Source of the DNA: an uncultured archaeon | GTDB taxonomy: Archaea; Iainarchaeota; Iainarchaeia; Iainarchaeales; 0-14-0-20-30-16 | DNA: 32,000 nucleotides | NCBI GenBank assembly: GCA_964480435.1 | Contig: CAYZSS010000004.1 | Span: 1-32,000, forward strand | Direction: 5' to 3' | Shown here: piece after piece, positions 15,151 to 23,113 of the stretch | Numbering within the stretch: position 1 is the stretch's first letter | Layout of the letters: each line of letters opens with the position of its first letter | The notes under the pieces: generated by a model | Seen by the model: the letters and a program-made list of their open reading frames with translations, nothing else | What the model was told of the DNA's origin: nothing | Database searches by the model: none | Made by a program: the position numbers and the translations under genes

Positions 15151-15951
15151 ATGTTTATGGTTAAAAGAAAGAAGTTAGGTTTGGCTCTTGGTGGAGGGGC
15201 AGCAAAAGGTTTTGCACATATTGGTGTTTTCTCTGTATTTGAGGAGGAAGGAATACCAATTGATTATATTTGTGGCTCAAGTATAGGTGCTTTAATAGGT
15301 GGGCATTATTCTTTACACAAAAATATTGACCTTCTTAAATCAGATGCATTTTCATTTCTTAAAGAAAATAATTTGGCTGTTTATGATTTTATAAAACCGG
15401 GATATAAAGCGAAGATAAATAATATAGAGCTTTTTATGGAGTCTGTTTACAAAAGCAAAAGATTTTCTGATACTTTAATACCTTTTTCTTGTACAGCGGT
15501 AAATATAGAAAACGGAACTGTTCTTGATATTTCTGAGGGTCGGTTAATTGATGCTATTTTTGCTAGTATGAGTATTCCCGGGTTATTCCCTCCAAGATTC
15601 TTTTGGGGTGCCTGGTTGGTTGATGGTGGGCTATTAAATAACCTGCCGGTTGATATTGTTTCAAAGAAAGGGTATGATGTTGTTGTTGGTGTTGATTTAG
15701 GGGATATAGATGCATTAAAAAAAATTGAATCAAAACCAACAAGAGTTGATTGTTTGAAAAGAGCGGTAGTAATTATGGTTGAGGAAATCACAAGCCGTAT
15801 AAAAAATTCAGTAGAAGATGCAATAATTATAAATCCAAAAATAATTGCATCAGGTCTTAAATTTGACTATGCGGCATCAAAAAAACAGATGAAAGAAGGG
15901 GAGACCGCCGCAAGAAAAGTAGTTGATGAAATAAAAAAACAACTGAAGTGA
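15151..15951 (+). CDS. Patatin-like phospholipase (RssA-type)
   Basis: It has a Gly-rich oxyanion motif (LALGGGAAKG), the nucleophile elbow GSSIG (G-x-S-x-G) and the catalytic Asp motif VDGGLLNNLP. There is no signal peptide. I prefer ATG 15151 over TTG 15148. Confidence 0.9.
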   Translation: MFMVKRKKLGLALGGGAAKGFAHIGVFSVFEEEGIPIDYICGSSIGALIGGHYSLHKNIDLLKSDAFSFLKENNLAVYDFIKPGYKAKINNIELFMESVYKSKRFSDTLIPFSCTAVNIENGTVLDISEGRLIDAIFASMSIPGLFPPRFFWGAWLVDGGLLNNLPVDIVSKKGYDVVVGVDLGDIDALKKIESKPTRVDCLKRAVVIMVEEITSRIKNSVEDAIIINPKIIASGLKFDYAASKKQMKEGETAARKVVDEIKKQLK

Positions 15952-15955
15952 TTTT

Positions 15956-16492
15956 ATGCAATTCTTTAAGAAAATAAAAAACTTGGCATACAATAAAAAG
16001 AAAAATAATTTTGTCTTGACTTTATCTTCTAAACTCATTTTTTTCTTGGGTTTGTTCCTAATTTCTTTTGTTCTATTATATGTTTTATTTGTTTATTCTG
16101 GACTTTACAATAATCTTTCCGGATTTTTTGCACAAACCGTTTACAACCATTTTTCTTATAACTCTGATATTACTCTTGCCGGAACAACTATTGATTTTAA
16201 GGCTTTTGAAATAAATATTACTTCTGTTTGTTCAGGGGTTTATGAATTAATTGTATTTCTTGCATTGATTTTTGCCTGCTTTGAAATTAAACTGTGGAAA
16301 CGTGTGGTAGGGGCATTATTTTATTTTGTTTTCTTTGTTGTTTTTAATTTTATTAGAATGATAACTGTCATTTATTCTTTTGCATATTTTGATTTATTTT
16401 CTGTTGATTTGTTGCACACTCTGTTATTTAAATTTGGTTTTTTTATTATTACTTTTTTATTCTTTTTATATTTTTTAATTATTGCGGACTAA
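15956..16492 (+). CDS. Archaeosortase/exosortase-family protein, minimal (178 aa)
   Basis: Polytopic membrane protein with the family's three signature residues in order and context: ITSVCSGVYEL (Cys in CSG), NFIRMITV (Arg) and DLLHTLLFKFG (His). AAGTGA lies 4 nt upstream of the ATG. Confidence 0.75.
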   Translation: MQFFKKIKNLAYNKKKNNFVLTLSSKLIFFLGLFLISFVLLYVLFVYSGLYNNLSGFFAQTVYNHFSYNSDITLAGTTIDFKAFEINITSVCSGVYELIVFLALIFACFEIKLWKRVVGALFYFVFFVVFNFIRMITVIYSFAYFDLFSVDLLHTLLFKFGFFIITFLFFLYFLIIAD

Positions 16493-17007
16493 AGAAAAAG
16501 AAAGGAAATTTGAAATACTGCAATAATTAAAATAATTTTTAGTAAAGGGTATTTATTGAATATAATTAATATGAAAGTAAATATTTTCAGAGGAATAAAT
16601 ATTACTGTGTTGAGTATGAATAGAGGGACAAGTAATAAAACATTTTTACTTGAAATGTTTTTGTAGATGCCAATTATTTTTTTATCTACGTTGTCAACAT
16701 CTTTTCTGCTTGGCACAGAGTGATAAATAATAGTTAAAGCAAGCCATAAAACTAATCCAAAAACATAAAAAGCGGGCTTTATTTTTAATGTAAAATATAT
16801 AATTGTTAATGCAATTACATTGCTTAAAATAAAAGGGGTTAATGCAATAATAATTGTTTTCCAATTGTTTACATCTAAATGTTGTACATATGCTTCTTTT
16901 AATCCAAATTTTATCTTTGTAACTTTTACCCCTAGTAGAACGCAGGCAATAAAATGTGTTAACTCGTGTATTATTACTCCTGGATAAAATAAAAGCTCTA
17001 ATATCAT
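16489..17007 (-). CDS. Membrane HExxH zinc metallopeptidase-like protein (DUF3267-like)
   Basis: The N-terminal segment YPGVIIHELTHFIACVLLG contains HELTH at the start of a TM helix. About 4 further TM segments follow. The 3' end overlaps the archaeosortase gene by 4 nt (convergent). Confidence 0.55.
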   Translation of the reverse strand: MILELLFYPGVIIHELTHFIACVLLGVKVTKIKFGLKEAYVQHLDVNNWKTIIIALTPFILSNVIALTIIYFTLKIKPAFYVFGLVLWLALTIIYHSVPSRKDVDNVDKKIIGIYKNISSKNVLLLVPLFILNTVIFIPLKIFTFILIIFNKYPLLKIILIIAVFQISFLFL

Positions 17008-17036
17008 TTTAATTCTCTTTTTAATTTAAAATTATT

Positions 17037-17681
17037 CTATAAATATCTTTTTCTTTTTTCAATTTCGTCCAATTTTTCTGCAATTTTCTCTTTGGTGTTT
17101 TCTAAATAACCTGTAAAAATGTATTCCCAGGTTTTTTCAGAAAAGTCTGCTAATATAGTTCCTTTTAGAACAGCGAGATCTGTTGCAAAATCTTCTAGTT
17201 TGTTAGAATTAAAAGAGAGCCCAAAATCAAGGAATATAGGTCCATTATCATCAAAGCAATTTGCTTTTGGCAAATTGTTTGAGGACCTAACGCAGTTTGT
17301 GGAACAAACCGGCGTTTTGTTAAAAAAAATGTTTTGCGCTGTTAGGTCTCCGTGTATAATTCCTGCTTGATGAAGTTTTGCTATTTCTTTTCCTACTAAT
17401 AATAACGCATTTTTGTCTTCTGAATGTTCTCTGAGAGGTTTTCCATCAATTTTTGATAAATAAAGTGTGTAATTTTCTAAATCTTCTTTAATTACTTCTG
17501 GGCAGGCAACCCCTGCTTCTTTAACTTTTCGTAAAATTCGTGCTTCTGATTTGGTTCTTTGTTTTAAAATTAGGGTATTTAATTGTTTATTTCTATATCT
17601 TTTTTCTATCCTTTGTTTTATGATGGTTTCATTATCAAGAAATACTTTTGCTTCTGCTCCCTCATAAATAAGATTAGCCAT
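17037..17681 (-). CDS. bud32: KEOPS complex kinase Bud32 (Kae1-associated kinase)
   Basis: Signatures: IYEGAEAKVF, RTKSEARILRKVKEAGVACPEV, GIIHGDLTAQNIFF, LDFGLS and ATDLAVL. It is stand-alone and not fused to Kae1. Confidence 0.9.
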   Translation of the reverse strand: MANLIYEGAEAKVFLDNETIIKQRIEKRYRNKQLNTLILKQRTKSEARILRKVKEAGVACPEVIKEDLENYTLYLSKIDGKPLREHSEDKNALLLVGKEIAKLHQAGIIHGDLTAQNIFFNKTPVCSTNCVRSSNNLPKANCFDDNGPIFLDFGLSFNSNKLEDFATDLAVLKGTILADFSEKTWEYIFTGYLENTKEKIAEKLDEIEKRKRYL

Positions 17682-17686
17682 ACTAA

Positions 17687-18193
17687 TTAGTCAGGACATA
17701 AGATATATAAAAGGTCATTATGTTGAGTAATATCCTTTTCCATGTTTTCTAATGGTCCAAGCATGTTAGTATAATAATTTCCAAGTTCTTCTTTATTTGC
17801 TTCTAGCATTTCTTTTATCGATTTTAGCTTTAATTTCCCTTTGTTGGTGGCTGTTTTTAGGGCGGTTGCCTCTCCCGAGTCACAATCAATACTAATTAGG
17901 TTAGGGGTTTCTGATATGAAAATTACTGTGTTTTTGTTTGCAAGGTATGTTTCCCAGTAATCTGCTTCAATTTGTATTGCTGTTTTTATAATTCCGCTTT
18001 TTGAATCTTTTTCACTTAAAAGATATGTCTGATATTCAGTTAATTGTGTATCATTGGCATAGTCAGTGATGTTAAATTTTGCTCGTGATTTATCTATAAA
18101 GTAGTTAGGATCGCTCTGAAAGCTAGCATAATAAAAGTATCCTGCTACTACAATTGCAATGAAAATAATCAATATTAAAAGTTTTTTACCCAT
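17687..18193 (-). CDS. Hypothetical membrane-anchored extracellular protein (168 aa)
   Basis: It has an N-terminal signal anchor (MGKKLLILIIFIAIVVAGYFYYA) and a soluble domain with two Cys. It ends 5 nt upstream of bud32 on the same strand. Confidence 0.65.
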   Translation of the reverse strand: MGKKLLILIIFIAIVVAGYFYYASFQSDPNYFIDKSRAKFNITDYANDTQLTEYQTYLLSEKDSKSGIIKTAIQIEADYWETYLANKNTVIFISETPNLISIDCDSGEATALKTATNKGKLKLKSIKEMLEANKEELGNYYTNMLGPLENMEKDITQHNDLLYILCPD

Positions 18194-18306
18194 TTAGACC
18201 ACTAAAAATATACTATGGTATAATATATAAACATTGCGATATAATATAATAAAAGACTCTAATTTTTTTAGAATCAATATTTTCACATAGGAGGATGGTG
18301 AGAGTC

Positions 18307-18762
18307 ATGGCGCGAATGCATTCAGGATCAAAAGGCAAATCGGGCTCAACCAAACCTGACGGTAAAGTTAAAGCTGATTGGGTAAAGTTAAAGCCTAAAG
18401 AAATAGAAGAAATCATAGTAAATTATGCAAAAGATGGGTTGTCCCCTTCAGTAATAGGAATAAAAATGAGGGATCAGCATGGTATTCCATCAGTTAGCGA
18501 TATAGCTGGGAAGACAGTAACTCAAATTTTAGATATTCATAAACTAAGACCTGTATTACCTGAAGATCTAGGAAATTTAATACGATCCGCAGTAATTTTA
18601 CTAAAACATATTAAAAATAATAAAAAAGATATGACTGCTAAAAGAGGTTATCAATTAACAGTTTCAAAAATAAGAAGACTAGCTATTTATTATAAAAATG
18701 AGGGCTTGTTGCCAAAGGACTGGAAATACACCGCAGAAAAGGCAGCATTGTTGGTTAGGTGA
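18307..18762 (+). CDS. rps15: 30S ribosomal protein S15 (uS15, S13e family)
   Basis: MARMHSGSKGKSGSTKP is the archaeal S15 N-terminal signature. GGTGA (18297-18301) lies 5 nt upstream of ATG 18307. The track start at 18295 has no comparable spacing to an SD. Confidence 0.92.
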   Translation: MARMHSGSKGKSGSTKPDGKVKADWVKLKPKEIEEIIVNYAKDGLSPSVIGIKMRDQHGIPSVSDIAGKTVTQILDIHKLRPVLPEDLGNLIRSAVILLKHIKNNKKDMTAKRGYQLTVSKIRRLAIYYKNEGLLPKDWKYTAEKAALLVR

Positions 18763-18767
18763 TAATT

Positions 18768-19352
18768 ATGGCTGGAAAACAAAGAGCAGTAGTTGATAAA
18801 TGGAAAAAAAAGAAAGAGTACTCTATTATCGCCCCAAAACTTATTGGGAGCGTAGAAATGGGCCAAACTGTGGCTGATAAAGATGAAAAAGTAATTGGTA
18901 GAGTAACTAAAGTAAATTTAGGACAAATTACAAATCAGTTCCAAAAGAAAAAATATGATTTGTATGTAAGAGTAACTGATGTTCAGGGTTCTAGTGCAAA
19001 TACAGAATTATTTGCTCTTGAACTAAAAAATAATTTCTCAAGAAGGTTGGTAGGAAGAAGATGTAATAAACTAGACCTTGTTCAATATCTTGATAGTAAA
19101 GATGGCCAAAGAGTAAAAGTAAAGGCTCTTTGTGTTACAAAAAGAAAAATAGAAAAAATAAAGGAAAAAGATATTGGAAGAGAGATGAGAAAACAAATTG
19201 GGCTGTTAGTTGCAAAAAACAGTTTTGACGACTTCTTTGATTTAGTAGTAAATAAAGATATAGAAAGAGAACTGTCTGCAAAAGTAAGAAATATTGCTGA
19301 ACTGAGAGGTTGCGCAATAGTTCTTATAAAGAAAATAACAAAAAGGAAGTAA
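18768..19352 (+). CDS. rps3ae: 30S ribosomal protein S3Ae (eS1)
   Basis: VVDKWKKKKEYSIIAPKLIG matches the S3Ae N-terminal signature. GGTGA (18758-18762) overlaps the rps15 stop and lies 5 nt upstream of ATG 18768. Confidence 0.9.
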   Translation: MAGKQRAVVDKWKKKKEYSIIAPKLIGSVEMGQTVADKDEKVIGRVTKVNLGQITNQFQKKKYDLYVRVTDVQGSSANTELFALELKNNFSRRLVGRRCNKLDLVQYLDSKDGQRVKVKALCVTKRKIEKIKEKDIGREMRKQIGLLVAKNSFDDFFDLVVNKDIERELSAKVRNIAELRGCAIVLIKKITKRK

Positions 19353-19389
19353 ATCTCCTTTTTTCATTTTTATTTTTCGGGGTGTTTTT

Positions 19390-19656
19390 ATGGTCCAAGA
19401 AGTTGGTGAAATTTTAGAAATTTTGACTCTTTTACTTTCTGATTATGCTGTGCCAAGAAACATAAAGGCGGTCCTTGAAGACACAAAAAAAATAGTCACG
19501 GAAAAAGAAAATGATGTGGTTGCTTTATCTGATGTGGTTTACAAATTGCAAGATATTTGTGATGATATTAACTTACCTATTTCTGTTAAACCTGATCTTT
19601 GGATGCTTTTAAGTAAATTGGAAGGCTTAAAAGAAGATAAGAAAAAGAAGAAGTAA
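19390..19656 (+). CDS. UPF0147 family protein
   Basis: An 88-aa helical protein with LLSDYAVPRNIK ... DDINLP ... DLWMLLSKLEG. This matches the remembered UPF0147 pattern (D-x-x-VPRNI(R/K), D-x-N-(M/L)-P, W...LE). Confidence 0.8.
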   Translation: MVQEVGEILEILTLLLSDYAVPRNIKAVLEDTKKIVTEKENDVVALSDVVYKLQDICDDINLPISVKPDLWMLLSKLEGLKEDKKKKK

Positions 19657-19713
19657 AAAATCTAAATTTATTTTTTTATTATTAATTTAAATCTTATTTT
19701 TACTTTGTAAATA

Positions 19714-20988
19714 CTATTCATACCTTAATGCTTCTACTGGTTTAAGTTTAGATGCTGATATTGCTGGTAAAAGGCCTGCAATAATACCTATTAAAGTAGA
19801 AATAATTATTGCATAAATAATTAAGTCTAAACTTACTGTACCACTAAATGTCATTCTGCCTAGGTTGATATATCCTGCCATTAAACTAGATACCATCCAA
19901 CCCAATATAATTCCAATAAAGCCCCCCAGGAGCCCAAATAATCCTGACTCTAGTAAAAATAGTTTTATTATTTCAAAATTTGTTGCCCCCAGTGCTTTTA
20001 GTATCCCTATTTCTTTTGTTTTTTCTAAAACTGAAGTGAACATGCTGTTCGCTACTCCGATGGCTCCAACAATTAAAGATATAAGTGCGATACCTCCTAA
20101 AAATAAACTAAGGGTATCTGTCATAGTACTAATTCTTTCTTGCATTGCCTTTGTAGAACTAATTGAAAAATCATATTCTTTCTTTCCATACACTCCTCTG
20201 CTTATTGCAAGTGATTTTGTTAAGGTTGTTATTATTGAATCAATAATATCTGCATCTGAAACTTGTGCTAATATTCTTGCATATTCATTTTTATTTGTCT
20301 CTGTACTTATTAACCAAAATCCACTGTTTGTGGCATACACAGCATTAGATTTTGTTCCATCATCAGTAGTTATTCCTACTACATTAAAAATGCTTTCTTC
20401 TAGTGTTATTTGTTGTCCTATTGTGATAGGTTTTTTGAAAGTATTATTTGCTAAGTTATAAGAAATAATTATATTTTTTGTATCTGTGTTTGTTAAAAAT
20501 CTGCCTTGGTCTAAGGCTACATCATAAAGCATAGAAAAATATTGCGGGTCTACTCCAGTAACAGATACTGTTAGTTTTTCTGAACCACTTTGCATTTCAA
20601 ACCTTTCTGAATTTTGACCCGCAGCATATAATATGTCTGGGTTTCCCCTGATTATAGTTAGATCTTTATTTGTGAGGATTGGGTCTTCTTCGTCATCAGC
20701 TAATACTTTACTACTCCCTATGTCCATTTCTCCTCCTGGACCTTCTGGTTTACCAGTGCCCATAAAATCTGCTTTGGAAAATCCGGGTGAGAGGGTAATT
20801 ATGTCCGCTCCAAATTTTGACATTTGCATATTCATGCTTTCTGTTGCATTTTGACTAATAGATACAATAGCAATTACTGCTGCAACCCCAATAACAATTC
20901 CTAAAAGGGTAAGCCAGGATCGCAGCTTTCGATTTGTTATGTTATTCCATGCTAATTTTATTATATCTATTAATCTCATAAGTGTCAC
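19714..20988 (-). CDS. ABC transporter permease, MacB/FtsX family
   Basis: N-terminus LAWNNITNRKLRSWLTLLGIVIGVAAVIAIVSI, a large extracytoplasmic domain, then a C-terminal FtsX-type 3-TM bundle (EIGILKALGATNFEIIKLFLLESG...). The start is GTG 20988 or, better supported by an upstream AGTGA, ATG 20979. Confidence 0.9.
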   Translation of the reverse strand: MTLMRLIDIIKLAWNNITNRKLRSWLTLLGIVIGVAAVIAIVSISQNATESMNMQMSKFGADIITLSPGFSKADFMGTGKPEGPGGEMDIGSSKVLADDEEDPILTNKDLTIIRGNPDILYAAGQNSERFEMQSGSEKLTVSVTGVDPQYFSMLYDVALDQGRFLTNTDTKNIIISYNLANNTFKKPITIGQQITLEESIFNVVGITTDDGTKSNAVYATNSGFWLISTETNKNEYARILAQVSDADIIDSIITTLTKSLAISRGVYGKKEYDFSISSTKAMQERISTMTDTLSLFLGGIALISLIVGAIGVANSMFTSVLEKTKEIGILKALGATNFEIIKLFLLESGLFGLLGGFIGIILGWMVSSLMAGYINLGRMTFSGTVSLDLIIYAIIISTLIGIIAGLLPAISASKLKPVEALRYE

Positions 20989-20992
20989 TTAC

Positions 20993-22276
20993 CTAATTTT
21001 TATTTTTCATTTTTTTGTATTTTTTGAATCCAAAATATGCACCAACAAGCGCTGCTAAAATTATGATGTACCAATAGATCGATAGTCCACTGTTTTTTGT
21101 TGTAGCCATTGCACCAAATTTTGTGGCCGTGCTTTTTGCATCAGAAAGTAAAGTTACCTCTTTTGTAATTATTTGTCTTTTTCCAGTAGTATCTGTGTAA
21201 TGTATTTCAATAGTAATTGCGTCACTTATTGTGTTGTGAGGAGCATTAATATCTAAAGGAATTTGCATTTTATCAGTTGGTGTTTTTCCCGTAGTAGTTG
21301 GTTTTTGAAAATTCATATCTACCGACATAGTTTCAAAGCTCGCAATTGTAAAGTCTCCTTTTTCAATTGTGCCTAATATTGCTGAGTCTGCTCCTGCTGT
21401 TTTTATGTTTTGTTGTTTAGGTATTTTTATTATTGTTGATTGTGCATCATTCATACCAATATTTGCAATACTTAAAGTAATCTGGGTGCTTGATGCTTTT
21501 TCAGCACTTATATCAAAATCGGTTTCTCCTCCAACAATAACTCCGACAGTTGATTGTTCACTGCTTGTTCCTGCGCTATCCTGAAAGCTTATTGTTATAT
21601 CTAATGGGTAAACACCTGGAACAATATCTTTGTCCGTTGCAATTGGAAAAGTAATGACTGTTGTTTTATCTTGATCAATGAAGTCTATGTGTTTTGTGTT
21701 ATTTGTCCCTAAAGGTAAAATTAAATTGCTTGATTCAGCCCAATTTAAATCAATGTTTGATACTTTTTGACCACTAATGTTGGTAATTGCAAAGTTTAAA
21801 TCAGTAATGCTTCCGGGGTTAATTATATTTGGAAAAACTTCTAAATCAAAATTTGTGTTTTTGCTTGAAACTGTAATAGTTATATTTTGTTGCTCTGAAA
21901 CTATTTCGCCATCTCTTTCATAATTTATATTTAAAAAAACTGGGTAATATCCTTCTAATGTTGTGTCCTTTGCTTTAATTTTAAATGCAAGAGTTTGTTC
22001 AGCATTTGGGCTAAGAGAAGCTAGTGTATCCTCAATATCCAATGGTTCAAAATTTGTACCTGCATCTAAGGTTGCTTTTAAATTAGTAATGTAAAAAATT
22101 GACCCTGCGTCTTTTACTGTAACTCCTATATTAACAATATCACCTGGCGCAATAGTTGCAGGTAGTATGTTTGTGCCCGTAATTTCTAATAAGTAATATG
22201 GCTCTGAAACTGCAAATCCATAACTTGAAATTACAACTGTTATTAACAATAATAAAAATATATTTTTGAAATTCAT
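20993..22276 (-). CDS. CARDB/COG1361-like surface protein with signal peptide and C-terminal TM anchor
   Basis: Signal peptide MNFKNIFLLLLITVVISSYGFA. Beta-sandwich signatures repeat (APGDIVNIGVTVKDAGS, NPGSITDLNFAITNISG, VPGVYPLDITISF). C-terminus LSIYWYIIILAALVGAYFGFKKYKKMKNKN. GGAGG lies 7 nt upstream of the ATG. The gene is embedded between the ABC ATPase and permease genes. Confidence 0.75.
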   Translation of the reverse strand: MNFKNIFLLLLITVVISSYGFAVSEPYYLLEITGTNILPATIAPGDIVNIGVTVKDAGSIFYITNLKATLDAGTNFEPLDIEDTLASLSPNAEQTLAFKIKAKDTTLEGYYPVFLNINYERDGEIVSEQQNITITVSSKNTNFDLEVFPNIINPGSITDLNFAITNISGQKVSNIDLNWAESSNLILPLGTNNTKHIDFIDQDKTTVITFPIATDKDIVPGVYPLDITISFQDSAGTSSEQSTVGVIVGGETDFDISAEKASSTQITLSIANIGMNDAQSTIIKIPKQQNIKTAGADSAILGTIEKGDFTIASFETMSVDMNFQKPTTTGKTPTDKMQIPLDINAPHNTISDAITIEIHYTDTTGKRQIITKEVTLLSDAKSTATKFGAMATTKNSGLSIYWYIIILAALVGAYFGFKKYKKMKNKN

Positions 22277-22278
22277 GT

Positions 22279-22989
22279 CTATGCCTCCTTAAAATATTTT
22301 TTTGTATTTCCATCAAAAGTTATTTGTCCATCTTTAAGATGTATTGTTCTGTTTGTCCATTTTGCGATTTCTTTTTCGTGTGTTACTATAATAACTGTTT
22401 TTTTGTGTTTTTTGTTTAAGTCTGTTAATAATGCAATTATTTCTTGGCTAGATTTGCTGTCAAGATTTCCTGTTGGCTCGTCTGCGAAAATAATCTGTGG
22501 ATCTGAAACTAATGCTCTTGCAATTGCAACTCTTTGTCTTTCCCCCCCTGATAATTCTTTTGGCTTGTGTTTATATCTGTGATTTAATCCTACTTTTGAA
22601 ATTATGTCCTTTACTTTGTTATTAATTTCTGCACTGTCATATTCGTGTATTCTTAAAGGAAGGGCTATGTTTTCAAATACTGATAGAGTTGGATACAAAT
22701 TAAAAGTCTGAAATACAAAGCCAATGGTTTTTCCTCTTAGACGTGATAATTTTGATTCAGATAATTTAGTAATATTCTTTCCAGCTAAAATAATGTCTCC
22801 ACTGGTGGGCTTGTCTAATGCACTCATAATTGATAAAAGCGTGGATTTTCCAGATCCTGATGCTCCTACAATAGAAATAAATTCTTCTGAGTTTATTTTT
22901 AGACTTACGTTTTTAACAACAGGTATTGAACCGGCCCCAATGTTATACGTTTTTACAATGTTTTTTAATTCTAATACAGGAATATCCAT
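22279..22989 (-). CDS. ABC transporter ATP-binding protein (MacB/LolD-like)
   Basis: Walker A GASGSGKST, signature LSGGERQRVAIARAL, Walker B IIFADEPTGNLD, H-loop IVTHE. The TATA-like ATATATAT (23011-23018) is centred about 26 nt upstream of the ATG, implying a leaderless start. Confidence 0.95.
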   Translation of the reverse strand: MDIPVLELKNIVKTYNIGAGSIPVVKNVSLKINSEEFISIVGASGSGKSTLLSIMSALDKPTSGDIILAGKNITKLSESKLSRLRGKTIGFVFQTFNLYPTLSVFENIALPLRIHEYDSAEINNKVKDIISKVGLNHRYKHKPKELSGGERQRVAIARALVSDPQIIFADEPTGNLDSKSSQEIIALLTDLNKKHKKTVIIVTHEKEIAKWTNRTIHLKDGQITFDGNTKKYFKEA

Positions 22990-23010
22990 TAGTAATAAAG
23001 ATGTGTAACG

Positions 23011-23091
23011 ATATATATGCGTTATTGTAACTATGTTTCATAATGTGAAACTGTGCCTTTGTTTATTGTAATTCTCAAATTAGTTTATAAA
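23011..23091. promoter_or_regulatory. Divergent promoter pair with candidate operator sites between the ABC operon and the wHTH gene
   Basis: TATA-like boxes lie at 23011-23018 (minus gene) and 23084-23091 (TTTATAAA, plus gene). Between them is the inverted repeat GTTTCA (23035-23040) / TAATG / TGAAAC (23046-23051). The direct repeat TTATTGTAA occurs at 23022-23030 and 23063-23071. Confidence 0.45.
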
Positions 23092-23113
23092 TTTGTCTAA
23101 CTTATATGTGCTT

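Noticed and set aside
14191-15951. Possible CBASS-like pair: an unknown 307-aa protein as the cyclase plus a patatin effector
   Set aside because: The patatin has the RssA-type N-terminus (LALGGGAAKG...GSSIG), not the CapV-type pattern I remember. The 307-aa protein lacks a convincing GS...DxD nucleotidyltransferase motif. Its nearest match is YGT followed 23 residues later by FDLDG, which has the wrong spacing and context. An HHpred search against CD-NTases would settle it.
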